NCBI GenBank assembly: GCA_017940265.1
Contig: JAGAYY010000025.1
Coordinates: forward strand, 256,711 to 320,710
DNA length: 64,000 nt
Direction: 5' to 3'
Source of the DNA: Bacilli bacterium
GTDB lineage: Bacteria > Bacillota_I > Bacilli_A > RFN20 > CAG-826
Part shown: in pieces, positions 60,571 through 64,000 of the stretch
Position numbering within the stretch: the first letter of the stretch is position 1
Layout of the letters: each line of letters starts with the position of its first letter
Program-made: the position numbers and the translations under genes
Notes under the pieces: model-generated
Told to the model about the DNA's origin: nothing
Databases searched by the model: none
The model's input: only the letters and a program-made list of their open reading frames with translations

Positions 60571-61878
60571 ATGATAACATTCAAGCAGAAAAAATTTGCT
60601 ATTCCTGCAATTGCTATGGGAGCACTAAACGCTGCTGGAACTGTAGCTACCGTAGCAGGAATAAAACAGTCTGCTGATCAAGCCAAGGAAGCTGAGGAAC
60701 AAGCCGAAAAACAACGAGAAGCTATAGAAAAACAAACCAAAGCTCTCAATAAAATAGCTAAAGAAGCCAAATCTAATCCTGAGGTTGCCGATAAAGTTCA
60801 GAAAGAATTTGCTGCTACACCACTAATAAAAAATGTAGCCGGATTTGCAAAGGATGTATGGGGAACTCAGAAAGGCAACGTAAGCAAAGCTGCAAAAGCG
60901 GGCTTAGGTTTTGGTGCATTAGGTTGGGCAGGTAATAGATTAACAACATCCATAAAAGACCATGATGAGGGAAATGATGAAAAAAATCGTAGTTTCCTTA
61001 AGAAAGCCGCACTAGGTGCTGCTACCGTTGGGGGTGGTATCTTGGCTGCTAAAAAGGGAGTACTTGGAAAATCCGCTCAAGAATTCATGACTAATGGTGC
61101 AGGATCTAAAGCCTTAACCACAACCAAAGAAGCTATTAATCCAATTGTTCGAGATCCTAAAACCGGTTCTATCTCCAAAGGACAAACAGCTATGAAGGTT
61201 GGTATGAATGGTGTTTTTGTTGGGATGCCTGTTATGGGTTATCTTGGACAGAAAAAACAACAGGATGATCAAATTCAGAAAAGCTATTCGGATAGAAAAG
61301 ATTCTGGACTCCTTAAAGGATTAGCTGGTGCTGCAACATTAGCAGGAACAGTAGCCTTGGGTAGGAAAGGAATGCTAGGGGCTAAGGTTCAAAGAGGCAT
61401 TGGTAATGTCACTGCACACACTGGTGGGATTCTTAAGTCAGTTGGTGCTACTAAAACAGGTGATAAACTGGCGAAAAGTGGTGCTAATACTTTTGCTCAA
61501 GGATTCCGCGATAAGAATGGTAATGCTGTTATAGGTGCTGTCAAAAATAGTGTAGCAAATAAAAAATACAATACGGCTGCTGCTCCTAATAAAATATCAG
61601 ATGGAATATCTAAGGCGGGTAGCTTCTTAGGCTTCTATGGTAAAGGAGGTACTAAGGCCGTTCAGAATACAGCAAATACCTTGGCTAAATCAGATAATCA
61701 AATCTCTAAAAACGTAGGTGAGTTCTTACAAAAACACAAGACGACTGCTAATGTGGCTGGAAGTGTTGGAGCTCTTGCAGTAGGTGGAACAGTAATGGGA
61801 GCTGGTGAAAAACCATTCAAAGTACTAGATTCACGTGCCTACGATTATGAGAAACAACAAAATCAGGAGGTTCGATAA
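60571..61878 (+). CDS. leader-bearing large Gly/Ala/Lys-rich protein
   Basis: MITFKQKKFA; 435 aa with repeated KKGVLGKSAQ / RKGMLGAKVQ units. Confidence 0.75.
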   Translation: MITFKQKKFAIPAIAMGALNAAGTVATVAGIKQSADQAKEAEEQAEKQREAIEKQTKALNKIAKEAKSNPEVADKVQKEFAATPLIKNVAGFAKDVWGTQKGNVSKAAKAGLGFGALGWAGNRLTTSIKDHDEGNDEKNRSFLKKAALGAATVGGGILAAKKGVLGKSAQEFMTNGAGSKALTTTKEAINPIVRDPKTGSISKGQTAMKVGMNGVFVGMPVMGYLGQKKQQDDQIQKSYSDRKDSGLLKGLAGAATLAGTVALGRKGMLGAKVQRGIGNVTAHTGGILKSVGATKTGDKLAKSGANTFAQGFRDKNGNAVIGAVKNSVANKKYNTAAAPNKISDGISKAGSFLGFYGKGGTKAVQNTANTLAKSDNQISKNVGEFLQKHKTTANVAGSVGALAVGGTVMGAGEKPFKVLDSRAYDYEKQQNQEVR

Positions 61879-62312
61879 TGGCAACATACAAGTTAAAAAG
61901 AAAAGTTTTTACCAAGTATGATGAGACTGATAACTTGAAACGTATGAAAGACTCGGATATCCTTGCTGAACAAAAAAAGCAAGCTCCTGGTTACGGTTCA
62001 GTTGCAAGTCAAGCAGCTGGTGGCGCTATTGCTGGTGGTATAGCCGCAGGTGCAGCCGGAATTGCTAAAGGACTTGGAAATAAAGGTGCTAGAGTTGCTA
62101 CTGCTGGAGCTAATCTCTCCAAGTATGGAAAACTCGGAGCCATCGGTGGAGCTGCAATCCTCGGAGGTATGGCACTTAAAAATAGAAATAAACAGGCTGA
62201 GGAAAACAACTTCTATAATCGTCGTCTAGAATATGCTCAAAAACAAGCAATTAGACGCGAGAAAAAGGACTGGAAAGCCAATATGACACAGCGAGATGGG
62301 TACTCTTATTAA
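61878..62312 (+). CDS. leader-bearing glycine-zipper protein
   Basis: MATYKLKRKVFT; AAGGAIAGGIAAGAAGIA; LGAIGGAAILGGMA. Confidence 0.7.
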   Translation: MATYKLKRKVFTKYDETDNLKRMKDSDILAEQKKQAPGYGSVASQAAGGAIAGGIAAGAAGIAKGLGNKGARVATAGANLSKYGKLGAIGGAAILGGMALKNRNKQAEENNFYNRRLEYAQKQAIRREKKDWKANMTQRDGYSY

Positions 62313-62583
62313 ATTTCGACAAAAAAAGTTTGGAAAAGTAGAAAAGTTTTTGAAGACGCCTGCAGGAATTATTAGTACTACAGGTTTAGCAGTTTCTTCA
62401 GCCAATCTAACTACCAACGTAAGTAGACATCGAAACGATAAGAAATACCAAGAAAATCAGATTGAAGCTATGAATAAACTTACTTCTTCAATTAAAGGGC
62501 TGGATAAAACAGTTAAAGGAGTTGAGAAGGGAAAAGAAAATCTACACAGCTTCATAACATTTAAACCAAAACATAAGAAATGA
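62296..62583 (+). CDS. leader-bearing small protein
   Basis: MGTLIKFRQKKFG. Confidence 0.6.
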   Translation: MGTLIKFRQKKFGKVEKFLKTPAGIISTTGLAVSSANLTTNVSRHRNDKKYQENQIEAMNKLTSSIKGLDKTVKGVEKGKENLHSFITFKPKHKK

Positions 62584-63197
62584 TTCAGTTTAGACAAAAA
62601 CAATTTGGTCTAGGTGCTGATACTTTAAAATGGGCAGGCCTCGGTGGAATAGCTGGTCAAGTTGCATCTAAAATTCCTTACTTCAGAAAAAAAATAAGGG
62701 GAAAAGAAGATTGGTCAACTACTTTGGCTATCGTTGGAGGTGGTACTGTAATTGGTGCTGGTTTAGGTCTACTGGTTGGATTAACTAAGGACGCATCTCA
62801 AAAAATCAATCGAGCTACTACAGTCGATAGAAGACTTATGCAAAGTGTAATAGAAAATCTTAAGAAATCAGGACTTAAAGAAGATCAAGACTTTACCCGA
62901 GATCCAAAAATTGCTAACGACTTGAAGGTTAAAGTTTGCATAGTCATTTCTAAAGATTCAGGTAACTTACACCTCTTAGTTAATACAGTAGCAGACGCAA
63001 AATTAAAGACTGTTACTAACGGAATGGCTAAAAACATTCCAAACTCAGCTACAGTACATACAAAACTGTCAGATAAATATAACGATATATCGATATCAGC
63101 TATATCAGATTCTTCAGCTGACACAGGATTAATCACCGGAATTGCAGAATACTTCATACATAATAAGTATCCGGTCTATCTTGTTGAAGTTGGATAA
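62580..63197 (+). CDS. leader-bearing protein with glycine-zipper segment
   Basis: MIQFRQKQFG; LAIVGGGTVIGAGLGLLVGL. Confidence 0.7.
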   Translation: MIQFRQKQFGLGADTLKWAGLGGIAGQVASKIPYFRKKIRGKEDWSTTLAIVGGGTVIGAGLGLLVGLTKDASQKINRATTVDRRLMQSVIENLKKSGLKEDQDFTRDPKIANDLKVKVCIVISKDSGNLHLLVNTVADAKLKTVTNGMAKNIPNSATVHTKLSDKYNDISISAISDSSADTGLITGIAEYFIHNKYPVYLVEVG

Positions 63198-63224
63198 TAA
63201 CATTTAAATTCATAAATAATAATT

Positions 63225-64000
63225 ATGGCACAATGGACACAAACTCTTGAGCCGTATGTAAAAGTTCAAGAGCAAGTAATGACCGCACCACTTAATCCGA
63301 CTGCTGGTGAGGATTTGATTGTTGGTGTTGTTTTAATTTCCGATGCAGGTCCCAGTGTTCCCACTCTGATCTCAAGTCAGAAAGAATATTTGGAAACTTA
63401 TACTTCCAAAGATCTTACTCAGGATTATCTAGAATCCCTGAAGAAACTCTATACAGGAGCTGATAAGGAAATCCCCACGACAATGTGGGCTAATGGATAT
63501 CGTCTGGCTGGATCGAACCACATGTTAGTTGTTCGTGCATCTAAAGCTAATGATATCTATTTCTCAAAGCCAATGGCCAAGGGTGATATGAATACCTATA
63601 TTCTTCGCGATGGTCTTCTGATGAAGAAGGTTGGTCCGAGCGAGAAGGTATTTAAGTTTGTTCTTGACATTGATGCTGATGATGCCGATCACGATCAGGA
63701 CGGATGGGCTATTGCTATTAGTGGTGTAGGCGTTCTTGGTAATCGCACAACCGACGAAGGTCCTCAGTATGATTACTATGTTAATAACCTCCCCGACCTA
63801 GTAGAACAACTTAACGAAACCTCTAAGTTCTTCTCTCCTTCTTATAAATATTACACAGATGTTAAGTGTGAGAATGAGATCGAGATTGATGCTGATTCAG
63901 ACATCATTACCCGTGGAAAGGTTCGCGCAGTATTGTTTGATGAAGTATATCTTGGCTCTTACGCTATTGACACCACAGATGAACGTTGCCCTGAGGGTTA
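63225..64000 (+). CDS. contractile tail sheath protein (3'-partial, runs off window)
   Basis: Own translation from ATG 63225: MAQWTQTLEPYVKVQEQVMTAPLNPTAGEDLIVGVVLISDAGPSVPTLISSQKEYLETY..ANGYRLAGSNHMLVVRAS. Pattern resembles the N-terminus of T4 gp18-type sheaths. No stop before the window end. Confidence 0.55.
   Translation, partial: MAQWTQTLEPYVKVQEQVMTAPLNPTAGEDLIVGVVLISDAGPSVPTLISSQKEYLETYTSKDLTQDYLESLKKLYTGADKEIPTTMWANGYRLAGSNHMLVVRASKANDIYFSKPMAKGDMNTYILRDGLLMKKVGPSEKVFKFVLDIDADDADHDQDGWAIAISGVGVLGNRTTDEGPQYDYYVNNLPDLVEQLNETSKFFSPSYKYYTDVKCENEIEIDADSDIITRGKVRAVLFDEVYLGSYAIDTTDERCPEG

Noticed and set aside
1-64000. CRISPR arrays, rRNA/tRNA genes, integrase/attP, diversity-generating retroelement
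   Set aside because: No regularly spaced direct repeats, no cloverleaf-capable GC-rich 70-90-nt segments, no recombinase-like or reverse-transcriptase-like ORF were seen. Absence is by eye only. tRNAscan-SE or Infernal should confirm it.

Overview
The window is a densely packed, AT-rich segment of a tailed phage genome with pervasive start/stop overlaps. All homology calls below were made by eye, with no searches run.

Layout:
- 2-2156 (+): tandem array of 10 overlapping small basic paralogs.
- 2144-2175: bidirectional terminator where the two arms converge.
- 2162-29312 (-): about 70 early or auxiliary genes. These include a flotillin, an M42 aminopeptidase, an HNH nuclease, an HD-Pnk plus RNA ligase RNA-repair pair, a HAD phosphatase and several paralog families. 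A strong intrinsic terminator at 17099-17145 splits this arm.
- 29313-29554: divergent control region.
- 29555-64000 (+): late arm. It holds an interrupted terL, a homing-endonuclease-like gene, two peptidoglycan hydrolases and a T4-like head module (portal, small proteins, gp21-like prohead protease, acidic scaffold, major capsid protein). A cluster of Gly/Ala-rich proteins follows, and a contractile-sheath gene runs off the right edge.

The host is probably Bacteroidota. Evidence: no Shine-Dalgarno signals, a TAnnTTTG box, an LruC-type lipoprotein and the HD-Pnk architecture.

Most interesting signals:
1. At least 20 late proteins share a short basic N-terminal leader ending in Phe-[Ser/Gly/Ala]. 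The same motif is heavily repeated inside the scaffold, the MCP N-terminus and the portal N-terminus. I infer a capsid-targeting and prohead-protease cleavage code with a very large cargo repertoire.
2. A covarying hairpin carrying a conserved CTACTCTTCGATGAG core occurs 3 times, plus 1 divergent copy, ahead of late operons.
3. terL is interrupted by a 217-nt hairpin-dense insert (candidate ORF-less group I intron), with a free-standing endonuclease gene next to it.
4. Three genes share a C-terminal module. Two of them are SF2-helicase-like with the Walker A lysine replaced. Each is preceded by related GC-rich structured upstream DNA.
5. Tandem arrays of tiny basic paralogs have stereotyped overlaps.
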